The position numbers were made by a program, and so were the translations under genes. From contig NC_086108.1 in assembly GCF_963921235.1 (NCBI RefSeq), positions 77,812,001-77,876,000 of the forward strand: a stretch of DNA of 64,000 nucleotides, given 5' to 3'. Of this stretch, positions 13,371 to 26,299 are shown piece after piece. Under the pieces are notes generated by a model. That model made no database searches, had not been told where the DNA came from, and saw only the letters and a list, made by a program, of their open reading frames with translations. Position 1 is the first letter of the stretch. Each line of letters begins with the position of its first letter. The stretch comes from Mobula hypostoma (lineage: Eukaryota).

Positions 13371-14049
13371 TCTTCTTATATTTACATAAGTCTGCTGAAC
13401 ATTGATATTTTTTCACTTACAAACATCAGCTGGAGTATTCAAAACCAGGAGAAGCATTAAGATAATTACTGAAACAGATCATTGAATGACGTGGAAATGA
13501 GTGGATAGCTGCTGGGGCTATGGAAATTGTCATATCAAGGAAAGCACCTGCTCTAGGGTGTGTAATACGGATGTAGATCTGATAGATATTTAGATCTAAG
13601 CATGATTTCCCTTCAGAGGGTAGGGAGGAACTTTGTAAAATCTTTCTTTAGGAAATTAACTGGTTTGGATAAAGTCCATGATGGAGCAGTCAGCATATGG
13701 TCAGGCAATGGCTTTTCCTCATGCCAGGCTTTTCTAACTTTTTTAAATTTCCTATTTCCTCCCCTTCCCTCCTGACACGTTCGCCTACAATGCTTGCAAA
13801 ATTGTACCTGCTTCTTTACCCAGAAAATTCAAAAATATAGCAAGCTCGAGAAATGCTTATTTTCTCCATGGCATTTTTAAACGTGTGCCACTTTAAATTT
13901 AGACCTTAAGTTATTTTAACTACTTGTGTGATTTCTGCAGTCCTAATATTCTACTTGTCTTATAATCTTTATTGCATTTTAAGAGAAATGATTGTGCAAA
14001 CCTCTGAATAATATTCTGTTGATATGTATGCATTTTTTAAATTATTTAT

Positions 14050-14225
14050 TTGTTTGTTTGTTGAGATACAGTGCAGTTGAGCTGCATCACTTAGCATCCC
14101 CGATTTAACTGCAGCTTCATCATGGGACAATTTACAATGATCAGCTAACCTACCAACCTGTACATCTTTGGGCTGTGGGGGAAAAACTGGAGCAGCTGGA
14201 GGTTACGGGACAACATACAAATTTT
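14050..14225 (-). mobile_element. HE1/V-type SINE fragment
   Basis: GGACAATTTACAATG..AACCTACCAACCTGTACATCTTTGGGCTGTGGGGGAAAAACTGGAGCA resembles the reverse complement of the SINE central domain seen at 25790-25850. Confidence 0.6.
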
Positions 14226-14534
14226 GATTGTCTTGTGCCTCATGCATTGTAAAGAAATCTATCAAGCAACTTACCACCAAGTAAAGCATCCATAAATCTG
14301 ACATAATGCTTGACTAAATACAAACTAATAGGCAGTTTCCTGGCTTGGACTTTAACTTTTAAAACAAGAATGTATTAACTGTAATTACCTCTTCAAAACT
14401 GAATAAAGTAAATCTGTGGATGAAGTTGGCAGCCTTGATACTAGGTAACTGGTGCCAGAGAGGAAGCATACCAACCATGGGAAAGGTTCTTGCCAATGTG
14501 ACCTGAGGCATTTGATGTTTTTCTAGCTTATGCT

Positions 14535-14645
14535 CCCTTCCTTTGCATTCCTGATGAAGGGTTTCAACCCAAAATATTGACTGTTTATTTCTCTCCATAG
14601 ATGCTGCCTGAGCTGCTGAGTTTCTCCAGCATTTTGTGTGTAGTG
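14535..14645 (+). mobile_element. Decayed Penelope-derived terminal repeat with hammerhead-like remnant
   Basis: CATTC-CTGATGA-AGGGTTTCAACCC-AAAATATT-GACTG followed by GATGCTGCCTG..CTGCTG, homologous to the right arm at 47722-47819. Confidence 0.7.
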
Positions 14646-15593
14646 CTCATCTGTCGAACCTCTAATATTTCTGATCTTGTTTACTTCTTTTATGACTTAT
14701 ATATAAATTTGGTGTTTGTTGTTGCCACGTAGTGCACAAGGTAGCAATTTCTTGAAATTATTTACAAGGTTCACAACAAGTACAACGTTTTATAAGACTG
14801 TCAGCTAAAACCCTGCAATGGTGGATGGTCAGAAATTGGTTGAGGTTCATAACTTGTAGTATATCCTTTCCTTCCGAGAAACTGATGAAGTTTCTTAATC
14901 ACACAAGTAATAGTGTGTGCACTAAGAAGTTCAGCATCGTTCAACAAGTTAACAGACCACTTCACCATTAGATGATCGGAGCATGCAGCAAACAGCATTT
15001 GACAGCAATATCATTGTCCCCTAAAATTCCAGGTCCACAGTTAATAGTTTGATTTGTAGACCATCACATTTTGGCTGAAGTCTACTAACTTATCTTGATT
15101 GGGTTCTTGATCTCCAGTATTGATCTTCATTTACACAGTATTGACACTGTATGGCAAAGCGGAGGCTGCTTTCGTACACCACTGAAGTTTGTTTATGAAC
15201 ATCCCTTTCATTTCTACCTCGAGAAGCACATTTGAACTCATTATTAGCCAAGTCTTCCTAGTATGTGCTCTCAGCATGGAATGATTGTCAGGCTGTGAAT
15301 TTTCTGAGTAGTAACACAAGGCGCTTATCCAGAAACAACTTCTAGGAATCGTCGGTTTCAAAAAGTATTTCTAATCTAAAATTAAGTAAGTAAACACATT
15401 TCCAGTGCTATTTAATCTCTTACATTCAGTTTTCAAAGAATGATTTGCAACTTTTTGCAGGATTATGAGATGATTAGAATTTTCAGTATATACCAAATAT
15501 TCCAGCAGTATAATTAATGGCTGTATTTAAATATTTCTCTTTATTTTCTGCACATCAAACAAAACATCTCTCAACTTTCCATTACATGCTATA

Positions 15594-16158
15594 CACTCAG
15601 TGGCCACTGTATCAGGCTCCTCCTGTACCTAATAAAGTGGCCACTCAGTATATGTTGTTGTCTTCTGTTGCTGTCGCCCATCCATTTAAAATTTCAACAT
15701 GTTTTGCATTCAGAGAAGCTCGACAGCACACCACTGTTATAGCACATGGTTATTTGAGTTACTGTTACCTTTCTGTCAAGTTTAACCAATCTGGCCATTC
15801 GCCTCGGTTCTCTCTCATTAGCAAGGCGTTTTTGCCCACAGAACTGCCGTTCACTGGGCACATTTTTCTGTTTGCACCATTCTCTGTAAACTCTTGAGAC
15901 CATTGTGCATGAAAATCCCAGGATGTCAGCAGTTTCTGAGATACTCAAACCACCCTGTCTGGTATCAACAATCATTGCACAGTGAAAGTCACTTAGGTCA
16001 CATTTCTTCCCCATTCTGTTGCTTGATCTGAACAACTGAACCTCTTAACTATGCCTGCGTGCTTTTATGCATTGAGTTGCTGCCACAAGATTAGCTGATT
16101 AGATATTTGCATTAACAAGCAGATGTAGAGGTGTACATACTAAAGTGGCAACTGAGTG
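15594..16158 (-). mobile_element. Internally deleted Tc1/mariner DNA transposon
   Basis: TA-flanked TIRs CACTCAGTGGCCAC...GTGGCAACTGAGTG. The minus ORF MGKKCDLSDF..GLSISETADILGFS..VSRVYREW is a Tc1 transposase N-terminal HTH. No DDE domain. Confidence 0.85.
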
Positions 16159-17236
16159 TAAGTACAATATTGTTAAACAGAACAGCTTAATATTTTTTAT
16201 TTGATAACAAATTGTGGTTGTACAAGATTAAACTTAGTTTTCTGCAAAAGAATGACAATCCATCAAACATTGGTTCGTATTAGTAGGGATAGTAGCAGCA
16301 TGAAGTGAGCCAGCTCTGTCAGAGCTAGCATGGCAAGACTACTGAGTGGCAACAGCTTTTAGATAACACAATTGAACATATTCTCGTTGGCATAGTGAAA
16401 CTATGCTTTCCGCACTTGACTGCTTCAGAGGAACCATGCTTCATTTGACAGAGCTGGTAGCAGGATTTATGCTGTTGCTTTGCACGCCAGCCAGCTTCGT
16501 CATCGTCAGTCTTTACCATCCATCTTATGATGGGGAACTAAGGAGAAGGAGCAGGAGTAGGAGAAAGAAGAGGATGACAACGTGAGGTAAGAGGATGCAA
16601 CCTCATTCACCTGAGTATAATACAATCAAGTACAACCCAGTTCTGAAAAATTCCTCACCTATCGTTATTCAGCCTGAACCAACAAAACAGCTGACTTCAC
16701 AAAATACGAACAAAATTTATAATTGAAATTATGCTAAATTCTACATAATATTAACTTGTTATTGTTATGCATTAGCTTGTGTGACTTTTGCTTGTCTTTG
16801 TGTTGGTGGAAGGCTGCTGACCTTCATTAGAAGAGAGTAGAGAAGATCTTCAAGTACGTGCTCAAACAACACGAGTGTACCACCTCAGCCTGGGCGGTAA
16901 TAGTCCTCTCCAGCTGCCTGTCAAGCCAGAGGAAGGACAGTACTTGAGCGACTTAGTGTGAGGATGCACATTGTTGCCTGAGGTTCATATTCCATGGGGT
17001 GTTCACAAAACACAGCAGTTTAGCAGTCCTAGCAAACTGTCAGGGGTTATTTTGCATTCTGTATCCCACAGCCATGTTGTCTCCTGGATGAGCTTCAAGA
17101 CAGCTGTTTGAACTTCCATGCTGAAGTTTGTGCTCCAAGGCTCTACTGTTCCCCACTGCAAGTCAGCAGCCTTTGACCTACCATGCTGTACCTACTGTGA
17201 CCACAGTAACTGATCCTTGGTTCAAAGAACACAGGA

Positions 17237-19915
17237 CATAGAACATAGAACATAGAAATCTACAGCACATTACAGGTCTTTCAGCCCACTATGTTGTGCT
17301 GACCATGTAACCTACTCTAGAAACTGCCTAGAATTACCCTACTGCCTAACCCTCTATTTTTCTAAGCTCCATGTACTCTTAAAAGATCCTTTTGTATCCA
17401 CCTCAACCACTGTCACCGGCAGTGCATTCCACACGTCCACCACCTTCTGTAAGAAAACCTTACCCCTGACATCCCCCCTGTACCTACCTCTAAGCACCTT
17501 AAAATGATGCCCCCTCATTAGCCATTTCAGCGCTGGGAAAAAGCCTCTGACTATCCACATGATCAATGCCTCTCATAAGGTACACCCTCCAATTCAGGCA
17601 ATATCCTTGTAAATCTCCTCTGCACTCTTTCTATAGTATCCACATGTTTCCTGTAGTGAGGTGACCAGAACTGAGCACAGTACTCCAAGTGGGGTCTGAC
17701 CAAGGTCCTATATAGCTGTAACACTACCTCAGAGCTCTTGAGCTCAATCCCATGGTTGATGAATCCCAACACATCATACCCCTTCTTAAAAAACACTGTC
17801 AACCTGCGCAGCAGCTCTGAGTGTCCTATGGACATGGACTCCAAGATCTCTCTGATCACACTGCTAAGAGTCTTAACATTAATATTATATTCTGTCTTCA
17901 AATTTGACCTACTGAAATGAGCCACTTCACACTTATCTCTGTTGAACTCCATCTTCCACTTTTCAGCCCAGTTCTGCATCCTATCAAAGTCCCACTGTAA
18001 CCTCTGACAACCCTCTAGACTATCCACAACACCCCCAACCTTTGTATCATCAGCAAACTTACTAACCCACCCTTCTACTTCCTCATCCGTGTCATTTATA
18101 AAAATCACAAAGGTGGGGTCCCAGAACAGATCCCTGTGGAACACCTCCATGCAGAAATCAAACCATCTACAACCACCCTTTGCCTTCTGTGGGCAAGTCA
18201 ATTCTGGGTTATCTCTACTCCCTTTCTTGAACAAGGGAACAACATTTGCAACCCTCCAATCCTCCCGTACTTCTCCTATCCCTATTGATGATGCAAAGAT
18301 CATCACAAGAGGCTCAGCAATCTCCTCCCTCACTTCCCACAGTAGCCTGGGTTATATCTCATCCAGTACTGGTGACTTATCTAACTTATTACCTTTCAAA
18401 AGCTCCAGCACATCCTCTTTCTTAATGTCTATATGTTCAAGCATTTCAGCCCACTGAAAGTCATCCCCACAATTACCAAGATTGTTTTCCCTAGTGAATA
18501 CTGAAGAAAGGTATTCATTAAGTACCTCCGCTACCTCCTCCAACTCCATGCACATATTTCCGCTATCGCACCTGATTGGTTCTATTTTCACACAGCTCAT
18601 TGTCTTGCTCTTCACATTCTTGTAGAATGCCTTGGGGTTTTCCTTAATCCTACTCACCTTCTCATGGCCCCTTCTAGCTCTCCAAATTTCATTCTTAAGT
18701 TCCTTCTTTGCAACCTTGTGATTTTCTAGAACTCTAATAATACCTAGTTTCTTGAACATTTCATAAGCTTTTATTTTCTTCATAACTAGTTTTCCACATC
18801 CTTTGTACACCATGTTTCTTTTATCCTACCATCTTTTCCCTGCCTCAATGGAACATACGTATGCGGAACACTATAGAAATGTTCCCTGAGCATTTGCCAC
18901 ATTTCTGCCATGCATTTCCTTGAGAACATCTACTCCCAACTTTTGGTCCCATGTTCCTGCCTGATAGCATCATACTTCCCTCTAACCCAATTAAATGTTT
19001 TCCCAAATTGTCAGCTCCTATCCCTCTCCAGCACTATAGTAATGGAGATAGAGTTGTGGTCATTACCTCCAGAATGCTCTCCCACCAAGAGATCTGACAC
19101 CTAGTCAGGTTAATTTCCCAATACCAAATCAAATACAGCCTCTCCTCTAGTTGGCTTATCTACATATTGCGTCAGGAAACCTTCCTGAACACACCTAACA
19201 AACTCCACCCCATCTAAACCCTTTCCTGAACCCAGTCAGGAAACTTAAAATCTCTGATCACAACAACCCTATTATTATTGCACCGGTTCTCCCTCCCTAT
19301 CTGCTCCTCGATGTTTCTGTTACTATTGGGGGGGGGGGTCTATAAAAAACACCCAGTAGAATTATTGCCCCCTTCCTGTTTCAGACTTCCATCCACACTG
19401 ACACAGTAGATAATCCCTCTATGACTTCCTCCTTTTCTACAGCTGTGATATTATCCCTGATCAGTAGTACCACTCCCCAACCTCTTTTGCCTCCCTCCCT
19501 GTCCTTTTTGAAATACCTAAAGCCCAGAACACTCAGCAGCCATTCCTGCCCCTTAGACATCTAAGTTTCTATAATGGCCACAATGTTATAGTTCCATGTA
19601 CTGATTCACGCTCTCAGTTAATCCGCCTTGTTTATGATACTCCTTACATTAAAGTAGACACACCTCAAACCATCAGGCTGAGTGCATCTTTGCTCTAACA
19701 TCTGCCTATCCTTCCTGACAAACTCCCCACAAGCTGTCTCAACTTGTGTGTCAACTGTCCCATCCTCTGCCTCTTCACTTCAGTTCACACCCCACTGCAA
19801 ATCTAATTTAAACCCTCTCCAATAGCATTAGTAAACCTCCCCGTCAGAATATTGGTCCCCCTTGGGTTAAGTGTACAGGTCACACCTGCCCCAGAAGAGG
19901 TCCCAATGTTCCTGA
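17237..19915 (-). mobile_element. CR1 LINE, near-complete but decayed ORF2 (endonuclease + RT)
   Basis: Peptides EDWRVANVVPLFKKG, VSKFADDTKVGG, LVRPHLEYCAQFWSPH. (TTCTATG)n 3' tail at 17237-17257. The endonuclease region is homologous to 50245-50697. Confidence 0.9.
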
Positions 19916-22180
19916 AAAAAAGAATTCACACTTGTTGCATTGTACTCTGAGGTAACACTCCAGGTAACTTTGAGTGCCTGGACAGCCTTGCAACATCTGG
20001 TTCATAGCTTTCTGCCAAAGTGCAGGTGTGGATGTTACTGCAAAAATAAGCCTATTGTAGTGATAAAGTTCTTTGTGAGTGCTGACGGTGAGAAACGTTT
20101 TGGGCTTTTCTTCCATCTCCATCTGTAGGTAGGCCTCAGCTAAGTCTACTTTCCTGAAGTATTTTCCTCTGAAAAGGTTTGCAAAGATATCCTCTATCCT
20201 GACCTGAGCGTATTGATCTACTTTGTGTATTGGGTTGATGGTGATTTTAAAATGACCACAGATCCTGACAAACCCATTCCTCTTGGCCATTAGCATTTCC
20301 CATGGGCTCCACTCAACCTTGGAAAGAACTCATTTAACCTCCATGTGATCTTGCTCAATTGCTAATTTATTAGGTATGGTATAAGGAACCAGATGGGCTT
20401 TGTAAAATTTGGATGTGGCATTTTCATTTAACACTATTTTACCTTCAATATGTCTTCCAATGCAATCCTTAAACACTGCTGTGGCATCATCCATTAACTT
20501 TCCTAATTCAGTTTCTGTTGACTCTATGACAGGGCATGTGGCATGCAAATGGTGGTTGGATCTCTAATTAAGCTGTAGTTGCCCCAGCAAATCATAACCC
20601 CACAATGCTGGCCCTCCAGTTTTTACCTCATACAAGCCCAATGTGACTAGTTGGTTGTTATATTTCACTGTTACAAATGTCATTCCCACAGGAGTTACCT
20701 CTTTTCCAGTATAAATTCTGAGTTGGATATCTGTGGGCTTTAGTTTAGTATCTTTGAAATGTCATTCAAATTAATTTTGTGGACTGACTGAAATAGCCAA
20801 GTCAGTGTCCAATTCCATTTTAATTAATTTGCTGCTCACTTCTGGTACTGCATAAACCATATTGCTTGTGTATTGTTTTTTTTCACATTGTAAATCTTAA
20901 GGCTACACAGTCCTGTGTCACTCTCAATATTGTCCAATTTTTCATCAACAGCATGCAGATCAGTGCTCTTTTTGAAACTGCAACCTAGATTTTTCATCTT
21001 TTTCACTTCCTTGTGTAGTCCATTCATTTTTGTCGGCCCAAAATGCTCTTCGTATGTGTCGTACTTTGTTGCATTTTCTAAAAGTTTCGCTTTTAAACCT
21101 TTTTTGGTCTGATGCATGTGAACCACTGTCACAATGGTAATACAATTTGTGTGGGCTGCAGAGGTCTTTATTTAGATTTTGTAATTTTGTTTAGGCTCAC
21201 TTTCATTTCTGACTGCAACTCAATTGCATCACTATCTGCTGTTTCCATTCAACTGCTCTTTTAAATGTGAGTTGTGCTTCTTTTAGGAGCCATTTTTGAA
21301 CACTTTCTTGTAAGATTCCACAAGCTAAATGATCTCTCGGTGCATCATTAAGCCATCATTGAACTGCCAGCGCTCAGAAAACTTCTTTAATTTAGCCACT
21401 TATGCTGAAATGAACTCCCCTTCCTTTTGATTCCACTTATGAAACCTAAAGCATTCTGCAATCAACAATGGTTTTGGTCCTAAAGATTCCTGCATTACGT
21501 TCATGATATCCGTAAAGCTTATTCCGGCTGGTTTGGTTGGAACAGTCTAAGCAACCTATAAGCTTCTCCACCTAATACACTCAGCAAAACTGGCACTGGT
21601 TTTTCATTGGCTATTTCATTTGCTTCAAAATACTGCTCCATTCATTCAGTATAAATCACCCAGCTATCAATTGTGCAATTGAATGCTTTGATCTTTCTGA
21701 TGTAGCCAGCCATTTCTGCTTTTTTTAAAAATGTATTATTATGATCACCCAGTAGTCACTTTTTATGAATATGTGAATTTCACCCATTTTTCGCTTTATT
21801 GTTAACACAACCTTCTTTCTCCCTTTGTTCCCCTTAATCATCTCTCTATCCTCTTCCACAGAAAAAGATGGTGCTGCACTTCAACAGGTAGCTGGTCATC
21901 TTGGGTTCATCTTAAAACTTACTCATTACCCCAATTATGTTTTCTAACTCCAAAACATAAAACTAATTGAATGAAAAGCACGGGAGCCAGGCATAACTCA
22001 TACACATTTTGTTTTACTTTAGTGACGTGCGCACATATAATACGGTGGCATAATGACGTATGCTATTCACGTGCCTCGTACATATAACCCATAATAATTT
22101 ATGTGAGCAAACAAAGAATGCTTAATCCAACAATATCTTTACATTATCACTCAAATATTACTGAAATATTAAATACATAA
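19916..22180 (-). mobile_element. Truncated, decayed Ty3/Gypsy element (Mag-like): LTR, gag, protease, part of RT
   Basis: RT peptide VRICGHFKITIN..RIEDIFANL..FRKVDLAEAYLQM..YNRLIF. Gag-like start MAGYI at ~21713. Protease-like MELDT near 20815. Probable LTR at ~21935-22180. Confidence 0.75.
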
Positions 22181-22299
22181 TAGCCAAGACCTGAGAGGAT
22201 GGAATGATGGGCTGAGTTTCAGCTGTGCTAATCTTTCATGACAGGGTGTCCTCTTTTGTGAGCTTGGGTCAGTGAGAGACAAAGTTGAATTGGTCAAAG

Positions 22300-25200
22300 A
22301 AGATGGCCCAACAAGCCTGATGTGGATTGACTTGGTGGATCTTTTATATGGATATGACATTCTGGTGGTCAGTCCAGATCGGGAAGGGCCAATGTCTCCA
22401 TTCCACCAAGTGCCATTTACTCGCGAATAGCTCCCTGTCTCCTACTCCATATTGGCATTGTGTAGGATTGAACTTGCATGAAAAGAAGGCACAAGAGTGT
22501 CTCTTCCTGTCCACTCCTCTCTGGGAGAGGATGGCCCTGGTGCCCACATCAGATGCATTCATCTCTAGCACAAAAGGCCTGGAGGGATTTGGATAGTGGA
22601 GAATGGAAGCGATGGTGAAGCATCAACTGAGCTCCTTGAAAGCATGGTCCACTGCAGCAAGCCAGGTTATATGCGAGATATGTGACTTCGTGGGGAAGGT
22701 GAGAGGAACAGCAAATTGGCAGTAGTTTCTGAAGAAATGGCAGTAGAAGTTGGAGATACCCAGGAAGCATTGCTGCTATCTGAGGGAGCTCAGCTGGAGC
22801 CATTTAACAACAGCACACACTTTCTCTGATACATGGTTGTGCCTTGGGGTGAAAGGATGTAACCCAGGAAGGAAATAACTGGGGTGTGCAACTGACATTT
22901 TTCTAACTTACAGTACAGATGGTTTTTGAGGAGACGCTGAAGGTTTGAACAGATGTGACACACGTGGTCTTGGGGGTTCTCGGAGAGGATGAGGATGTTG
23001 TTGAGGTAGACAAACACATACTTTTGTTGTGTGTCTTCAAGGATATCGTTAATGAAGGCTTGGAAAATGGGTGGACTGTTGGAAAGTCAGAAAGGCATCA
23101 CCAAGTATTTTCAGTGGCCAGTGGGTGTCATGAACGTCGTCTTCCTGATGGATACACGACAGGTTGTACAAACTCCATAGATCCAGTTTGGTGATGACCT
23201 GAGCCCTGCTGAATGTTTCAAATGTACTATCTAAAAAGGGGAGGTGATAGCGGTTCTTAATTGCAATTTAGTTGAGTCCATGATAGTCAATGCAGGAACA
23301 AAAACCCCCATCTTTCTTTTTGGTGAAGAAGGATCCTGCACCAGCTGTTGAATTAGCCTTGCTGTAGTGCTTTGGCAATGTAGTCATTCTTGGGTCTCAG
23401 GAGGGAAAAGGAAGAATAGATGATGGCCTTGGAAAGGGGTGGTGCCCTGGAGGAGGTCAATTGTATATTTGAGTGGTCTATGAGACTGCAGGGTGCTGTC
23501 TTCCCTTCTACTGATGGCGATGACTAAAGTATTAATATTCCTGTGGGAGTTTGGTGAATTTGTGGGTTTCCTCCGTCTCCCTGGATTACGAGATGAAGTC
23601 AACTGTGGTTTCAAGCGGGTGATCTGGCAGGTGGGTCATTTGATGAGTGCAGAGCCAAGAATAATCCCCGATGAAAGGGATGTTGGGTGAGTCAATCGGG
23701 GGAATTGAATGGACTCGCAGTACTCTCTGACACCTGTGCATAGGCCGTGTGTGTGCTCTGACTGTCCCAGACCCCAAGTGACATCTGTCGATCACCATGA
23801 CGTTAAAGGTGTGAGAGGTAAGTTCGAGAGGGAGTCCAGACTGTACATGCAGAGTCCGATCCAAAATCCTGTCTGCTGCACTGGAATGCATCAGGGCTTT
23901 TAATGTGCATAGAGCCTCTTGGACTGCAGAGGAGGATGAAGAGAGTTAGATGGGATATGATACTGGAATGAGGGGCCAGGGAGACCCCTCCAGAAAGGAG
24001 GGTCCTCGTCTCTACCTGGAGGTGCCGGTTTCCCAGACACTGTGGCCACTTAATGCGTTGGTGATCAGCTTCTCTGCAGTAGTCACACAAGTTGTTTTTC
24101 CATTGATGCTCGTGTTCCTGTAGGGCTAAGAAAGCTCTCCCTACCCCGCTGGATTCCGGAGGTTTTGGTGATGATCTGGAGGGTTGTTCTATTAGACACT
24201 TGTTAACATGGAAAATCAGAGCAATGAGGCTTTTGCGGTCGATGGGCAACTCCTGGGTAAACAGCTCTTCTTTCAAGTGCTCCGGGAGCCCATGATGGTA
24301 ATGGGCCAGCAGCACTTCTGCATTTCAGCCACACTCCACTGTCCATGGTGTAATCCAGCACAGAGCATAAACTACGGCATAAGTTTTTTTTATTAAGCGC
24401 AATCGTGAACAATAGCCAGTTCAGAAATGCTGATCAAGTCAACTAGTTCCCAAAGAGAACTCTGATACGCCAGTCAAATGGTTCACTGCTGCTCAGCGAT
24501 ACAAAACAGGCACAAGGGTCATTAGCCCCTGTACCCCAGAAACACGCCACAGCGGTGCAGTGGGGTGTGCTATGCATGACCTGATCTGAAGGCATCGTGT
24601 TGGCTCATAACAGATTGTGTTCATGGTGGAACAGCTTGGTCAAGGATGGGGTGATCAGCACTGATGGACAAATTATACCTCCACATATCATATCCACTGC
24701 CTCCTTTCTGCTTCCCGGTGGTCAGAAACCTGGCATATCTCAGCGGTGTAATCCTCATGTTTGTTACAAATGATGGTTTTATTGTCCCGATTAGCAGTGG
24801 TCCAAGTCAAAATTCACCCAGTCAAGAGAGAGATGAGGAAGGTGGTCTTGGCCCAGTCTATAGAATCCAGAGAAGGCTGGAGCTTGAAATGTCAGATGCA
24901 CTGGGACAGAAAGTTGTGGCATTGGGACTGAGATCCATTGAAGCACTCAGACATGGGAATCCTGGCCTCAAAGGGAGGAGGTTGACTGGTGCGGAGTTTC
25001 TGCAGTGAGGTGCAGAGTTGGCTGAAAGTGTGGACAGATGGTCAATGGTTTCCTACTACATGTCCTCATGTTGGCGGACAACTTCCTTGAGCTGAGCATA
25101 TTCTATTAGGTCTACTGTTGGTTCATTCATCCGATCAGGAGACGTAGAGGATGCTTGACCCAAAAGCAGAGCAGTGGAGAACAATTACATTAACAATAGA

Positions 25201-25491
25201 CAGCAAAATAACCAGCCACAAGGAGTCACAAGCCAAGAGGGAACAGAAACTAAATACAACAGGCAACAAGGTAAACTTTATGCAGGGAGAGTGAAAGCTG
25301 GAAGTGACTGGTTAAGAAGCGAAGAAGGACTGTGGATGAGGACTGGTGTTAAATAGGCTGCAGGCGTTGAGTCTGGAATGAGCGGTGGGTGAATCCCTTT
25401 AACTGGGTGGAGACTAAGAGGTTCCTACATGTGGAGACTGGGAGGTTCCTGTATGTGCAGGCTGGGAGTTGTCAGCAGGAGCAGGCCTGAC
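22300..25491 (-). mobile_element. Decayed sushi-like (chromovirus-type) Gypsy element lacking integrase and 3' LTR
   Basis: RNase H MNASDVGTRAILSQ..YGVGDREL..WTDHQN. RT FVYLNNILI..LYCKLEKC. Gag GLPEHLKEEL..LCDYC. The putative LTR begins with TGTCA at 25491 on the minus strand. Confidence 0.8.
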
Positions 25492-25687
25492 ACCTTTGGC
25501 CTGAGAGCAAGGCACTCACATCACTGTGTGCAATTCCTGCTTGTCAGGCCCTCCCTCAGGATTGAGGATGATTTGCCTCCACTTCAGTTTTGCCAGGTGG
25601 AAGTTGCCTGTGCATGGATCTCTGCACATGGGGTAGTCCTTGCACACCAATTGCGGAAGTCCTGACAGAGCAGGGATGATCCGCAAG

Positions 25688-26005
25688 GACGGCACAGCAA
25701 CGTAGCGGTTAGCGCATCTCTTTACGCCGCTATCAATCAGCGATCGGGGTTCAATTCCTGTAAGAAGATTGTACTTTGAACCTGTGACCACATGGGTTTT
25801 TTTTCAGGTGCTCCAGTCTCCTGCCCTATTCTAAAGATGTACGGTTAGGATTAATAAGTTGTGGACACGCTAAGTTGTCACCTGAAGCGTGGCGACACTT
25901 GCAGGCTGCTCCTCGGCACAATCCTCACTCATTTGATTTGACAGAAAATGATGCACTTCACCGCATGTTTTGATATTTCAATGGACATGTGACAAATAAA
26001 GCTTA
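25688..26005 (+). mobile_element. HE1/V-type tRNA-derived SINE
   Basis: Head GGCACAGCAACGTAGCGGTTAGC, B box GGTTCAATTCC, central CATGGGTTT..GGTGCTCC, tail CATGTGACAAATAAAGC. Confidence 0.75.
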
Positions 26006-26299
26006 CCTCATCCAGTGAAAGGGTGTGCAAGCTTTTTACACAGATTTCAAAAACCCGTGTAAGTGTGCTTGCTCCAAGTGATGTACAGTCAATATATGAG
26101 CTGGTGCCTGTGAGCATGAAATGAAATGACACTGCTTTCTTACTCTTTTACCACCACATGGCCTGGTTTCAGTTATTGGGAATAAGATATGAAATAATCC
26201 TTAAGATACGTTTTTACTGAAGGACTGGGAAAAATAAGAGGAGATGCTTACCTCCACTTGCCAGTCATAGATCAAAAGGGACTGTTGTTTAAATGAAAG

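Noticed and set aside
14801..14998. Harbinger-transposase-like peptide FLGRKGY (and vague similarity at 16.3-17.0 kb)
   Set aside because: One short motif only; no TIRs, TSD or further DDE motifs that I could support.
18190..18215. Apparent novel domain junction in the 256-aa CR1 ORF (RDNP-ELTCPQK)
   Set aside because: An internal deletion of the RT N-terminal segment, which is retained in the paralogue at 49215-49420; ordinary decay.
22300..24320. Domesticated RTL1/PEG10-like gene
   Set aside because: Many stops and frameshifts and a mutated catalytic motif (YLNN) indicate neutral decay.
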